NCBI GenBank assembly: GCA_024679065.1
Contig: JAGIQG010000005.1
Span: forward strand, 78,616,001 to 78,680,000
Source: Sphyrna mokarran
Lineage: Eukaryota
Direction of reading: 5' to 3'
DNA length: 64,000 nt
This document shows positions 48,331 to 62,633 of the stretch, piece by piece (within the stretch, counting starts at the first letter, position 1; each line of letters starts with the position of its first letter). The position numbers were made by a program, and so were the translations under genes. Under the pieces are notes generated by a model. It was not told the origin of the DNA, ran no database searches, and worked only from the letters and a program-made list of their open reading frames with translations.

Positions 48331-51300
48331 ATGTCCAATAAGCTTTTGTGTCTCTTCTAAAAAATTTTGATTTTCTTGCAAAAATTGCTTATCTCATTGT
48401 GTTAAATATTTTTGTGGTGTTCTACTGATTTGATAAAGGTATCATTTATGTGGAAATTACCTGAAATATTGCAAAAGCAAGACCATCAAGAAAACATACA
48501 TTGGATAGATTTGATTCCAGATATTTTTTTGAAACATCTGGCACCTGATATCAAATAACATTAATACCTTCTTCGTGGATGGATTTCAAAATTGCTGATA
48601 TTAGTAGTTGAGTGAAAAGACCGGAATAATAAAATCGACTGCATTTATTTTTAATTCCATCATGTCTATATCCTCCCACCTAAGTTTCACACTGTCACTT
48701 CTTTGTATAACTGTGTACTGCACAATAGTTTTCAAACGTGGGAGCCTAAAACTGAAATCATTAAACATTTCAAGCAGCTATCTTTTCCGGCAGGTATGTC
48801 TAAGTGCACTATTAGCTTTTATCACTGTTGTCAAGTGCAGCCATCCAATTTAAATTCAATATAATGAAAAGCTGACAGTATATCGCCTCCACTTGTCAAG
48901 TCATTTAACTGGTTGAATCTGAAAGGTTACGAATGGATACTATAATAGAAAAATTTTTTATCAAATGGACTACTTTATACCTTCCATGCATACCTCAATT
49001 TCTGTTATGACAGATTCATGACAATGTTACAGTTTACATCTCATAATTACTTTTTTGTAGTTAAGTGAATACTATTAAAATAAATACCCATTTATAACAA
49101 ATCTATTCAGAATCTGGTGTTGAGAAAAATTGGAGTACCTAACTTTATGGCCACTGGCATGGTGCAATCCCATCAAGACAACTGTGATTTGTCCTGGCAG
49201 AAAATTTCACTAGTGAGATGTCCATGCTGAGAAGTTAGACAAATGTTCCCCATGAATTTCCATCCACTGACTATCTCTAGTATTCTTATATTTCCATGAG
49301 AACAATGGTTAAATATAACATTCATATGAATTACATTTTAAATAAGAGGGGATAAAAAAGAATGTCTTTTTGTGGCCTAAAAATGTACCAAACCTTATCA
49401 CCTCCCACCTCTCCCGAACACCATGCAATCCCCATCTTAAATTTTCACCATTCTCGGTGGTCTGTAACACTCAGAGAATTGTACCATTTTTCTTCTTACT
49501 CCTAAAATTCATCCACATGGATCTTGGCTTAATGCAAACCTTATCTTCTAATGCTTTAATTTTTCTCCTCCGCCTCTTTTAAAATTTAAAAATATTGTAG
49601 TCAGGAATATTAAGTTTCCAATCCTATCCACAACTCAAGATATGAGTTATTTGTTGCCATATCATTACTCTACATAGTTTATTAATAATCTAGCACTACA
49701 CATTGTTTTGAATGTTATTTACATTTATATATAAATCACTCAGTTGTTATAATTTTGGCAGTTTTTCTTTAAATTCCTCCCTTTTTAAAATTTCTTCCCT
49801 GTTTTCTCTTTTGCCAATTTTCCTTAACTTGTTTTTCTTCATCCCTGTCATGTTAGCTGAAAATTCACCTACATCACAGCGAGAACATTGATTCCAGTCT
49901 TGTTTTGGTGAAGTCTGTCCATAATCTACTAGCCACTCCTGCACCTGGAATCTACATTTCCCTCCTATACCATCTTTCCTGCCATGCCCTAATGGTTCTT
50001 ATTATTCCTATACTGACGAGTACATGACAACAGAAGTAATCCTAAGATTACTACTCTTCTTTAATCTACCACCTAATTTCCAAAATTCCTTTTACAGGAC
50101 GCCAGTTCTATTTCTTGCTTTGACAGAGTTCCAATATGAATCAAAATGTCTAATTGTACCCGCCCTCCCCACCCCAACTTTCCAAATCATTTGGATACAC
50201 TCTAGCGTATCCAATTAATTTGGCACCTAAGAATCAAAGTTCTACCCAGGATCCTATCTAGTCTGTTGACCATGAAGTTTCTTATTACTACTGAATTTCT
50301 ATACTTCACTTCCCAACACATAGCAATCATTTCTTCCACTGAGCCATCATTTCACTATACCACCTCCTCTGAGTTGTGATCATTATCAAAGGCAGTCACT
50401 ACTGCAGACTTATCTCTCCAATTAACACCCCAAGGGCATCACTGCATTGCATCCTATCTTCTCTTCTAACTCAACAGAAAACCACAGACTGCCAGTCCTC
50501 AATAACTGTTCTACCTCAGCTAATCATTTTGTGAGAATGTGGCTGGGAATTTTTTAATCTCTAGCAGATGATGGAACCTTTCCTAAGCTACTTCACAAAT
50601 TCAGAAACCTTGAATTTGAAGACAAGTGGCTAGAGATGGAATCGTTCTGGACAGGTTAAGAAATCACCCCATTTTGCAAGAACCTCACCTCCGAGGCTTT
50701 AGGTGTGCTCCCAGATTAAACTAAACTATTTGATTTGATGTATTATTGTCACATATATTGTCATATGTACAGTGAGGAGTATTGTTTCTTTCACAGACAA
50801 AGCATACCGTTCATAGAGAAGGAAATGAAAGAGCGCAGAATGTAGTGATATAGTCATAACTATAGAATAAAGCACAACAATTTAATGGATTAAATCCTGA
50901 AGTAAAATTTTAGGCCAGCTGTATCTCAAGCCCCAGTAGCCAATGAAGTTGAACACTCTCTACTTTTTAACAGGCAAATCCATTGCTAGTGAATTCAAGA
51001 ATGCCAGTGGGTGGTTATCTATTGGAATAGAAATCAGTTGTGTTGTTGTGGGAGTGTGGATTTAAATTGCACTGAGCCATTCAAATTTTGATTGATCATG
51101 TCAGGGCTGGAAAACCTTGCCAGCAGGGGAGGCTGTAAAATCCCACTCACAAATTCAAAGAGTTCCTGTTACTAAAATATCATCAAAATCCATTAAATAA
51201 TTTGAGTCCTCTTGCCTCAATTATTCCTCCGGAGGCTGAAACTCACATGCTCTTGAGTTAATTTATTAATCCAGTGTTGCTCAAGTTTTTCTTAATGTTT

Positions 51301-51839
51301 GTCCATCAGCTTGAACTGACGACTACTTGTACTATTATCCTGACATATCTGTTCTTACCTTATGCTTACTGCTGATATGCAAACATTTGGCAATATTGAA
51401 TAGGAAAAGACCATGAAGCCTGATGGTTGGAGCAGCCATATAAACTCCTCTTGGCTATTTCTGCAAGCTGCTCTCTTTGTGGTTTCAAGGATAAATAAGT
51501 GTTTCAGTTTTTTTTCTAGTCTTTCCTTGAAAATCAATTGAGGCTGAGGATCAGCCTCTATCCAATGCACCTCTTGAATATTTTCGTTGCGTCTTTGTGG
51601 CCAAAAAGCTATATATAGTATTAAAGGTGCAGCCTGACCAATGCACTGTACATTTTTAGTGAGACATTGATTTATATTCAACTGACCTAGCAAATTTTAT
51701 GATGAACCTATTTATTTATCATTATTGAAATCTGCTAAGACCACACAATTCCTTACACTTCATCTTTAGTTATTTCCACATCAGAATGTACGTATGTGTA
51801 CATTTTTTTCTCCTGATGTTGCACTGTGCAAAGATGATG

Positions 51840-52177
51840 GGGTAGAATTGGTGACACATGGGTTAGAACTGCTGCCTCACATTGCCAAAAACTTGGGTTC
51901 AATTCTGACCTTGGCTGACTGTCTATGTGGAGTTTGTACACTCTCCCCATGTCTGCAAGGGTTTCCTCTTGATGCTCTAGTTTCCTCCCACAGAATGAAG
52001 ATGTGTGGGTTAGGTTAATTGGCAATGTAAAGTTTTCCTTTGGTAATGAGGAACTAGTAGGGTAAATACATGTGATTGCAGGCTTAGGGCCTGATTGGGA
52101 TTGTTGTTGGTGCAGGCTCGAAAGGCCGAATGGCCTCCTTCAGCAATACAGTGATTATGATTCTGTTCTATGATTCT
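51840..52177 (+). mobile_element. HE1-type V-SINE
   Basis: Degenerate A/B boxes (ggttagaactgctgcctcac, gggttcaattc), V-domain and gattctatgatt-like tail. Confidence 0.85.
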
Positions 52178-52596
52178 CAACGCAGTTGCACTGAATATTA
52201 TGGTGCAGTTTGCCTGAAATCAGAATAAACCATGCTAAAGATCACAGAACTTTAAGTGCAAATCATATTCGGTGCAAATTGGGTTTCTGCAATCTTGCTT
52301 GCTAATTTTAAAAATCTAGGAGCAAACCTGTCCACAAAAACTGGTCACGTCCCTCTGAAGCACTGGGAGTTTCCACCAATTGTACTTATTTTACAACCTC
52401 CGAGAATGTTCTAAATATTAAGCTGTTTCTTTCGGATGCATGAACACTGCAAAGCATATTTAAAAAGCTTTTTGACTTCTGTATGACTAACAAATTATTC
52501 CTTACATTATTCAAAGTTATTTACAGTAACTTAAAATCAGATTACTCCCATGTAGTGGATTGTGCTATAGAGTGAAAGATTAATACTAATGATAGC

Positions 52597-52826
52597 TGTT
52601 GAACATGTCCATAAGGAGCTATGCCACTGTGATATCATTGACTGACAAATGAGTGTGACACATCTCAGAAAGTAATTCCAATTATGTCTTTGCCTTATTT
52701 AACCATTGTAAATAGTCAGTGTGTAAATATATTTGGGAGAATAAGACCATTGGTTCTAGCAAGATATCTTCTAGTGTAATAAACCACTGAATCCTGTGAA
52801 AAACCACACTAACAGGTGGTGGCAGC
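52597..52826 (+). mobile_element. LTR remnant followed by a primer-binding-site-like tggtggcagc
   Basis: tgttg...aataaa...cactaaca, immediately followed by ggtggtggcagc. Confidence 0.45.
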
Positions 52827-53233
52827 AATGACTACACCTACAGAGGTATAGTAGAAAATGGCAGAAAAGGCCTCAATAAAATCCAACAACATCAATGGAT
52901 GAAGCATTGTACAATACCTTGTTCGTTGTGGCAGTACAAGTTTGCAGACCCTCTAGCTTCACATGAACCAAACAAGCTTCATTCTCTCAAGCAAGAGAAC
53001 CCAGCAGTCCAACCTTTCCCCAGTGTACCAAGAAGAAGGGAAAGGAAAAGAGGAGGAAAGGAAAATCTCTGTTCCTTGCATTTATTCTGCAAACCCTTAC
53101 AAGAACAGATTCTGGAGAATAGTAAAACTATGCATCCTAAAAGAGAGCTAAGAACACATTCAGAGATTAATGGCCCCAATGTAAGAGACTGTAAAGAAGA
53201 GGAGGATGGGTCTAAAATAGTATGGGGATAAAG

Positions 53234-53234
<1 letters not shown>

Positions 53235-53270
<36 letters not shown>
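53235..53270 (+). repeat. (TG)18 microsatellite
   Basis: Perfect dinucleotide run. Confidence 0.98.
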
Positions 53271-53271
<1 letters not shown>

Positions 53272-54402
53272 TGAGGTGGGAGAGAGTATTGGAGATGTAG
53301 ACTCTATTGTTAACTACTGAATACGTGCATAAGGAATTGTTTCACAGTGGTATCACCCACTGAGTGTGAAGCATCTCAAAGAATAACTGCAGCTTTGTCT
53401 CATTTAACCTTTGTAAATTGTTAGCGTGTCAATAAATGATTTGAATCAAAGGCCTACACAAGATCTCTTATAGAGGAAGAAGCCAACAAATCTTGAGATA
53501 AACCCATAGAATCTTGCAATGAGCCACTCATTTAAAATGCTTGTTTCTTTCATGAAAAACCCACTTTTCAAGATGTATTAATCAAACTGCACCAAGTTCC
53601 CACCCTTAAAATATAAAGGAATATTTTTAACACAAACATTTTGTTTAAAAAATTGTTTTAAAATGCTTTTTAATTGTGATGATGCATGAAAATTTTGCAT
53701 TTCATGATGTGTTTGATTAGAAGCTTCAGAAAACAAAACACTTGTTAAAAAGCTGCCAATTTTGGTGCAATCTGCATCTGGATTACTGATTGTAGTTGAA
53801 GAGAAATCTTACACCGATGTGTTTTTTGAGGTGATACTTTAATGTTCAATCATTAAGCAAACAGCATATAGAAGCCAACTGAACCATAGCATTGCAAGAT
53901 TCTATGATTTGTTGCCATAATCTTTTTCCTGACTGCTTTGAAAGTGTATCTAGTATTTTAGAATAATTGTCAAGCACAGATCTGTTTGAATTTAACTATT
54001 TCTTTTGGATAATTTCTTTTGGATCTAAGGGATCAGGTATTCAAAGCCATGACATCCCCAGGATATAAAAGAGAGAATTTTGTTTGAATCAGACAGTGAG
54101 GTATTGGATAACCTCATGGGCAGTTACAGAATTAGCTGAGAAAAGACAGCTTGGAAATCAAAGAAAAAGAGCCAATTTGGAATTAATCGATAAGACTGAT
54201 GTTCTTCAAAAATGGTCTGCATCTTTAAAAGTAAACAATAAAAGATCATGGCATGAAAAGACACTCTTGAAATGGTTTGGGAAGTTTAGACTTACTCATG
54301 AGAGTGATCTAAATCTGAAGGACATAGATATATTAAATAAAAGGTATTTTTAAAAGTTCCAAAAATGAAACAAGATATACATATGCATGTGAATGAGTAT
54401 TA

Positions 54403-56440
54403 GACCATAAAACCATAAGACATAGGAGCAGAATTAGGCCGCTTGCTCATTGAGTCTGCTCTGTCATTCAATCATGGCTGATTTTTTTCTCATCCCCATT
54501 CTCTTGCTTTTTCCCCATAACCACTGATCCCCCTATTAATCAAGAACTATTCTATATCTGTCTTAAAGACACTCATGGACTGGCCTCCACAGCCTTCTGC
54601 GGAAAAGGGTTCCTTTTCAGCCATCACTCTCTGGTTGAAAAAATTTCTCCTCATCTTTATTTTTAAGGATCATCTCTTTAGCCTGATGTTGTGACCTCTG
54701 ACTCTAGTTTTTGCTACTAGTGGAAACATTTCCCCAAATCCACTCTATCTAGGTCTCGTAGCATCCTGTAAGTTTCAATAAGATCCATCTAAACTATCAA
54801 TAAATACAGACCCAGAGTCCTCAACAGTTTCTCTTCATTCCAGGGATCATTCTTGTGAACCTCCTCCAGACCTTTCCCAAGGCCAGCGGATCCTTCCTTA
54901 GATATGGGGTCCAAAACTCCTCAAAATGGGGCACAACCAGAGCCTTATACAATCTCCGAAAGATGTCTCTGATCTTGTATGCTAGCTCTCTCAACATGAA
55001 TGCTAACACTGCATTTTCCTTCCTAACTGCTGACTGAACCTGCATGTTAGCCTTAAAAGAATCTTGAACAATGATTCCCAAGTCCCTTTGTGTTTTTGAT
55101 TTCCTAAGCATTTTCCCATTTAGAAAATAGTTTATGTTCCATTTCGTTTTCCAAAGTGCATAACCTCACACTTTTCCATATTGTATTCCATCTGCTACTT
55201 CTTCGACCACTCTCCTAACCTATTCAAGTCCTTCTGCAACCCCCCTACTTCCTCAATATTACCTATCCCTCATATTTTTGTATCATCTGCAAACTTAGCA
55301 ACAATGCCTTAAGTTCCTTCCTCCAAATCGTTAACGTATATTGTGAAAAGTTGTAGTTCCAACACTGACACCTGAGGCACACCATTAGTTATTGGCTACC
55401 ATCTTGAGAATGGGCTCTTTATCCACACTCTCTGTCTTCTGCCAATCAACAAATCCTCTATCCATGCCAGGACTTACCCTTAACACCATGGGCACTTAAT
55501 TTATTTAACAGTTTCCAATGTGGCACTTTGTCAAAGGCCTTCTGGAAATCTAAATAAATCACGTCAATAAATAAATTACTTCCTTGTTACCCCCTCAAAG
55601 AACTCTAGCAGATTTGTCAGACATAACCTCCCCTTGACAAAGCCATGCTGACTCAGTCCTACTTTACCATGCACTTATAAAGATAAATATTTGTTCAGTG
55701 CCTCTCCAATCTCTTCAGGCTCCATGCACAACTTCCCACTGCTGTCTCTGACTGGCCCTAATCTTGCCCTAACCAATCTTCTATTCTTAACATATCTAAA
55801 GAAGGCTTTAGGATTCTCCTTGATCCTATCAGCCAAAGTCTTCTTGTGTCCTCTTTTAGCTCTCCTCAACTCACTCTTTAGCTCCCTCCTGGCTAATCTA
55901 TAGCTATCCATTGCACTAACTGAGCCTTCAAGCCTCATCCTGACATAAGCCTCCTTTTTCCTTTTAACCAGCGAATTAACTTTTTTAGTACACCATGGTT
56001 CCCTTACTCGACCATTTCCTTTTGCCTGACAGGGACATACTTATCAAAGACTCGCAGTAGCTGCTCCTTGAATAAGCTCCACATTTCAGATGTCCCCAGT
56101 CCCTGTAGTTTCCTAGTCCAACCTAGGCACCCTAATTCCCTCCTTATGGCCTCATAATGCCTTTACAATTTCCTCAGCTATCGCTTTCAGAACCCTGTGG
56201 TATAATCCATCCAGTCCAGGTGATTAATCCATCTTCAGACTTTTCAGTTTTCCTAGAACCTTCTTCTTAGTGATGACAACTACCCTGACGTTCCTGGAGC
56301 TCTGGCATTCCATGGTGTCTTCCAGTATGAAGATTGATGTGAAATAATATTCAGTTCCTCTGCTATTACTTTGTTTCCTATTATTTCTCCAGCCTCATTT
56401 TGCAGTGGTCCAATGGCTATTTTTGCCACTTTCTTGTCTT
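54403..56440 (-). mobile_element. CR1 LINE (RT, C-terminus and 3' tail) containing a nested fragment of another CR1 copy (~55676-56160)
   Basis: ORF 54821..55111 (QRDLGIIV...RLYKALVVPH...RRFTRMIPGMK) and ORF 55675..55938 (RRAKRGHKKTLADRIKENPKAFFRYV) are CR1 ORF2 motifs; accataagacatagg tail at 54403. Confidence 0.9.
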
Positions 56441-56499
56441 TTTATATACGTATATAATATATATATGAAGCATGAATTATATTTAACAACTCTGACTTT

Positions 56500-57720
56500 T
56501 TACTCAGAGTAATTTATCGTAGAAGAGAAATATACAAGATACAGAGAAGTTTGATAAAGTCACACATCAGAGATTAGCATATAAAATTAAAGCACTTGGG
56601 ATTGGGGGTGATATATTGGCATGGATTGAGAATTGGTTAGTAGACAGGAAACAATAGTAGACAGGAGAATAGGAATAAATAGATCCTTTTTGAAATGGCA
56701 GGCACTGACTAGTTGGATCCTCAGGAATCACTAAATAGAACTTCTGCTTCCCAGCACCATGAACCCATGTTCGATTCTAGCCTTGGGTGATTACCATTGC
56801 CCATTTTCCTTGTGTATATGTGGGTTTCCTCCAGGTGCTCTGGTTTCCTCCCACAGTCCAAAAGATGTGCAGGATAGGTGGACTGGCTATGCTAAATTGT
56901 GTAGGTTAGGGGGTCTAGGGGGATTAACGAGATAAACAGAGTTACGATGATAGAGCTTAGGTAAGATGCACTGTTGGAGAGTTGGTACAGACTCAATGCA
57001 CCCAATGACCTTCCTCTGCACTGAAGGGGTTCTATGGACCCCAGCTATTTACAATACATATCAATGATTTTGATGAGACAATTAAATGCAATTTCCAAAT
57101 GTTCTGGTGAAGCAAAATGTGAGTAGAATATGAGAGGTGAGGCTAATGCCAAGAAGTTTCAGTGTGATTTAGGTAGCTTGAGTGAATGGGAATATGCATG
57201 GCAGATACAGCATAACATGAATAAAAGTGAAGTGGTTCACTTTGAAATGATAAACAGAATGGCAAAGTATGTTTTAAATGGTGATAGATTGGGAAATGTT
57301 AATGTACAAATGTATGTCCTAGTATACCAGCCACTGAAAATGTGCCTAAGGCTCTGTACTGAAAAGGTGCATGCAGGTACATCAAGCAGTTAAGATCGCA
57401 AATTGTATGTTGATTTTCATTGAAAGGGGACTTATGTCCAAGTGCAAAGATATCTTACTGCAGCTATACAGAGCCTTAAGGACAACACATTGAGTATGGT
57501 GTGTAGTTTTAAAGAAAGGATATATTTGTCATAGATAGAATGCAACAAAGGTTCACTAGTCTGAGTCCTGGAATGACAGGATTGTCACATGAGGAGAAAT
57601 CAGGTCAACTAGGCTTGTATTCACTGGAATTTAGAAGAATGAGAAGGAATCTCGTTGAAACATGTACAATTCTGACAGGGCTGGAAAGATGGGATGTAGG
57701 AATGTTGTTTTCTCTGCCCA
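56500..57720 (+). mobile_element. Decayed CR1 LINE RT/C-terminus with an HE1-type SINE inserted at ~56740-57035
   Basis: cagctatttacaatacatatcaatgatttt (QLFTIHINDF); ORF 57540..57770 QQRFTSLSPGM...LGLYSLEFRRMR; the SINE V-domain interrupts the RT. Confidence 0.85.
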
Positions 57721-60700
57721 TTTCACCAACCCAACTATGTTCCTTTGATATTTATTCATATTATCCTTAAATTTTGTGTCATCTGCAAATTTCAATATTG
57801 TGCCCTATAACCCCAAGTCATTAATGTAAGTCAAAATCAGTATGATCTTTACACTGAACCTCAGGAACTCCAATCCAAAAAGCAGCCTCACCATGACTCT
57901 GTTTTCTAACTCTTAGTTACTTTTGTATCTATGTGACTACTCTCCCTAGCTTTTATCGCCATGGGTTTAATTTCACTAACAAGCTATCGTGGTGCTTTAT
58001 CAAACACTTCCATATCCAAACGCACTGCATTGCCTCATCCAGTTACCTCACCAAGACAGTCACTCTAATCTGTGTTATGGACAGGATGGAGGTTAATTTA
58101 AACAGCACCAATTTCTCCTCTCATTGTCTGTCCATAAACACAAAGGTGTTTTGATTTCTTTTCCTCTTTGTAGGTGATGGCGTATTTCCCCAAACCCTCA
58201 ATTTTTGTGTAATCCGTGTTTTTATTAATAACACTACAGCAAACTCCAGATAGGATGTACTCAAAGGCTTATTTTATATTAACCCACTCAAAACACAGGA
58301 AGAAAGGTTTGCAACATTATAGTAAAGAGAGGGATAGAAAAAATAAGGTTTCATAATCCAGACCACAAAGAAAATAAATATTGGTTCATGTAAGTGTTAA
58401 AGACCAGATTAGAAATCCCAAGGTATATCATGAAGCTAGATGAGACTCCAACTCAAAGACTGCTGAATGTCCCAGCCATTATGAGTTGAAAGAAATGTGT
58501 GGCCTTTTGTCTGAGCAGCTGGGTTATTAGATGCAAATGATCTTTGTATAGTTCTCTTCAAAGCTGGCTGTGCATTTCCTTGGTGATGAGATTTGATAAC
58601 GAGGTGTAAGTTTCCCCAAAACTATAAAGTGCCTCTTTTGTTCTGGGGTCACAGACAAATGTCAGTCATTTTAAGGATCTTGTTCAGCCAAGGTCTGATT
58701 TTAAAATTTAGAAATTGCAATACAAGGAAGTATATGTTATATATATGTATATTATACAAATATACAGAGTGAGATTTTAGTCTATCACGATAATTCAGCA
58801 CAATTAGCACTCATAAGTCTGTGCTGGCTTCCCATTGTTAGTGTAAGCTTGTCCAAGTTGCAGTTAATTTTCTCCTAGGTGATTGTTTCTAACAGTTTCT
58901 GCAATACGTATGTTAAATTGCTTTGTCTGTATTTACCAGTCTTTCTCTGCTTCCTCTTTCTGAATAAGCAAGTAACGCTTGCAATCTTCCAGTCCTTGTC
59001 TATAAGGATTGAAGGATTAAGGCCAGCACCAGTTGTTGTTTGTTTGTGGGTGGGGTGGAGAAAGCTTGTGTTACCGTGAAATCACATTTTCCCTGTCAAC
59101 TATTCACAGGGGAACACTGATTGCTATGATAACTGCTGGCTCATGCTGCACCACTCTGATAACAGCAAAAAACCTATGGTGAAAAGCAGCCCGAAATAAA
59201 AGAAATTAGAAAATGAGGGAGGTGTAATTAAGAATTGAATGGCTGTATAGATTATTGTGTAGAACTGCAATGATTATTTTGACACAGAATTATTGCTGAA
59301 TTAATTGAAATTTTAAAAACCTGAATGTTGCTACCGTGAACAAATTGACTGGCAGTAGTGAGATCAGTGGAATAACATCAAATGGATGTGAGGAACTGAG
59401 TTTTATTCCACTGCCCTAGAAATATCTCCGTTTCAAACATATAATCTTTAAAGTTACTGTTGAATTTTATTTCACCACCTCTTTTTGCCAATTATTTTAA
59501 ATTTGTATTCTTTGGTTACCAATTCGTGTCAATGGCTTTTACCAATAGCTTTTCCTTATTTACTCCATCAAAACTTTTCATAATTTTGATCAACGCTATT
59601 AACATGATTTTTGACATTCTGTATTTGAAGAATTATCCCAGTTTTACTCTCCACATAACTGAAATCCCTCAGACCTTGTACAATTCAACTAAACCTTTTC
59701 TGCACTCTCTCCAAGGAAAGCTTTGAAATCCTTCCTCAGAGTTGGCCCCATACTCCAGCTGAGACCCAAATAGTGATTTTATAAAATGTTCAATGTAACT
59801 TCCTTACAATTTGTACTCAATCGTTATGCCTTTGTTATCTGGTAGCCAGTCAGATTGAGTAGTTGGCCTGCAGGTGGGCAGCAAAATCTGCATTGGAATG
59901 GGGGGGAAGAATGAAGGAGGGAGGCTCAGGGATCAATGTGGGGGTGAAAACTTCATGGGAGATTATGGGAAGGATTTTACAACCTTGTTTGTCCTGAATT
60001 CTTAAAATCCCAACAGAGGTCAATAGACTTCCCGAGCTCCATCCCTTGCCTGCTCCAATTCCCATGGCAGGCAAAGTGGTAAAATTCAGGCCAATATAAC
60101 TGCAGAAGATAATGAGTCGAGGATTGATGTGATTTCAGTGAGAACATCCACTCATGAGGAGCGGGGAAAGTTTAGCTTGCATAGGGGAGATAGGGAAGAA
60201 ATCATTATTATTGCTCCTGGCCCAGGGAGTGCTGAAAAAGCACTTATCTGCTTGATCTAGTAATTTTGCCTCCTTTAATTAATGGTTTGTTCAGCTTGGA
60301 AAACCCAAATCTCAGCCATTAAATTATTTGTAGCTGCAGCCCGGCTTTAAATGTATAACAGTATGGTTGAAGGTTTTGTTTCAGATTTTTGAAATTTTAA
60401 CACATTTCCTCCTGTGACTTCTTCTGATGCTCTCTCAGCTCTTGTGGGAAATTAAAGTTCCGCCCATAACTCTATTTCTTTAATGTTTATGTTTCTGATG
60501 TCAAGACTTAATTATAATGCTGTGATAGAAAAAGTGACCACTAGAAGGATTAAAGAGTTGAAATAAAGTTGAAAATAATAAGGTTGTGCTCTTCAAAGTG
60601 AGAAATGTCAATACTTTGGCAGTCAATGATAGCATCAGCTATTTGTAGCTCCCACTTCTGTATCATAGCTATTACAATTTGCCAAGCCATTTATGTGAAA

Positions 60701-62370
60701 ATGATATTCTCTCACGCCCTTCCTCCAAAAGACTACACATTGCAGTTCAAGAATAATTTCATTTAAGTGTCAAGTTTTTGTCATCATACAGATTTTGATG
60801 TTGTGCTATATCAGCACTGATGTTTTTTTTTATGAATTGCACCATTTCATATTGCAGCTATTTCAACACCTCTGTTTCTTAAATAGAATTAAAAAATCTT
60901 CTCAACGAGGTATCATTGTTCTTTTGCATGCACGCTACTCATTTTATCTGAGAGCCAGCTATAAGTTCCCACTTTAGGTGCAGTCACCTTGTAAAACTGA
61001 TTAAAAATAGGTGCAGCAAGATATATTTTGAAGTACTTTTCTGTACTACTCATAGTTATTAAGTAATAATTGTAAAAAAAATTGCAAATTAGTGACATTA
61101 TAAGTATAAACATTTGTATATATAAACTGTTATGACACTTGACCAAATCTCCAAGTTGTTGCTGAGATCTGTTTAGGGACCAATAACATTTTGTTTAAAG
61201 GAGACAATATTTAAGATTCAAGCCATTTGTTAACAGAATGAAGCATAAGATTGCAAACAAACAAAATAAACTATACAAGATTAGAAGGATAAAACAGTTT
61301 ACAATTTGTATCTTATATTCTAAAATTCGGGATCTGTATGAGGTACATGTGAATTAACAAGCAGACTCTGGTCAAACATATCATACTATACAATAAATGA
61401 CCAATGTGACCAAAACGGGTTATTTGAATTTCTTAACAATTCAATCAGATGTCCGTAACACTGAATCAGCCAATCTCATTGAAACATTAGGCCATAACTT
61501 CTGAGCAGCGGCAATCATCATCAGATTGCCTGTCTGTACCCACATGCCTCTGCTAAATTTCTCAGGTACCTGTCTTCTCCTGACCTTCTTGATGCAGGCT
61601 GGGTGGGAATCAGCCAGTACAGTGGGTCCTTGGGTCCTGTGTTACCAAAAGAAGCAGTGAGAAGGAGGGAATGCCCCCTTTCAAACAGCACTAGCTGGTT
61701 TAACTTCCCCATAAAAGTAACAGACTCGGTAGGATGTACATAGTTGGAATTTGGAGAGGTTGGGGAGTGTGTGAAGTAGTCAGACATTGAAGGGGAGTGG
61801 ACATCATGGATAGTCAGACATCAGGACAGGCATTGGGAAGATTGGATATTAGGAGGTTCAGACATTGGTGGGGGAGATCGGACATGGGGAGGTGGAGTGT
61901 GTCAGGTTCAGTCAGTTCACAGGGTGGATTGGGTCAGGGGGGTGGGATTGGGTCAGATTGGATTCAGTTAGTGGAATGTATGTCAGGTTGAATGTAAGGT
62001 TAAATCAGGTCACATCAGGGTGGTGTGTCCACCAGGTTGGGTCAGTAGGGTGGAGCCAGTCATTTAGAGTCAGTTTGGGGGTTAGGTTGTGGTGTGTAGG
62101 GGAGGGAGCTGGTGGATGAATTCCATGTGGATGTGGGGTCAGAGGTGGGATATACCATTTGGGGCTGTGCATGATGGGGATGGTGAAGATCCATAGATGT
62201 TCAGGAGAGCATTGGGGGGGGGGGGATTCCTTTTGGACTGTTATGTTGAAGTTAGAAGTCTTATTATTTCTCTAACTCTTTCAGAGTAGCTATTGGTGTA
62301 AAGCTGGCAGAACTTTAACCAAATAAATCATTTTGTAAGATGGTTCCTAGTGCAAATCTCCAAGGTGCAA

Positions 62371-62633
62371 TATAATACAATGAGGAAGCCTTAAAGCACA
62401 ATGGTAAATTATTGAACAATAATTACAACTATATACAAACAAGCTCAGTATGGATACAGATTGAATCCCACTGACTCCTGGGCTCAAATGTCATGTTTCA
62501 CTTGCCCAGACCATGTTCTGCCAATTGATAGGCTGAGTTTTGCGCCCTCCATTCTGGTAGGCCCTAACAGGGTTATGTGACCCATGAATGCTTGTCCTCT
62601 AAAGGGGCCACTCTATTACATTCCTCCCCCTTT
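62371..62633 (-). mobile_element. 3' LTR remnant preceded by a polypurine tract
   Basis: On the minus strand aaagggggaggaa (PPT) is directly followed by tgtaatagagtggccccttt. Confidence 0.5.

Noticed and set aside
54084-54353. 89-aa ORF (…WITSWAVTELAEKRQ…)
   Set aside because: It looks at most like a decayed LTR-retrotransposon gag fragment and is too weak to call as a gene.
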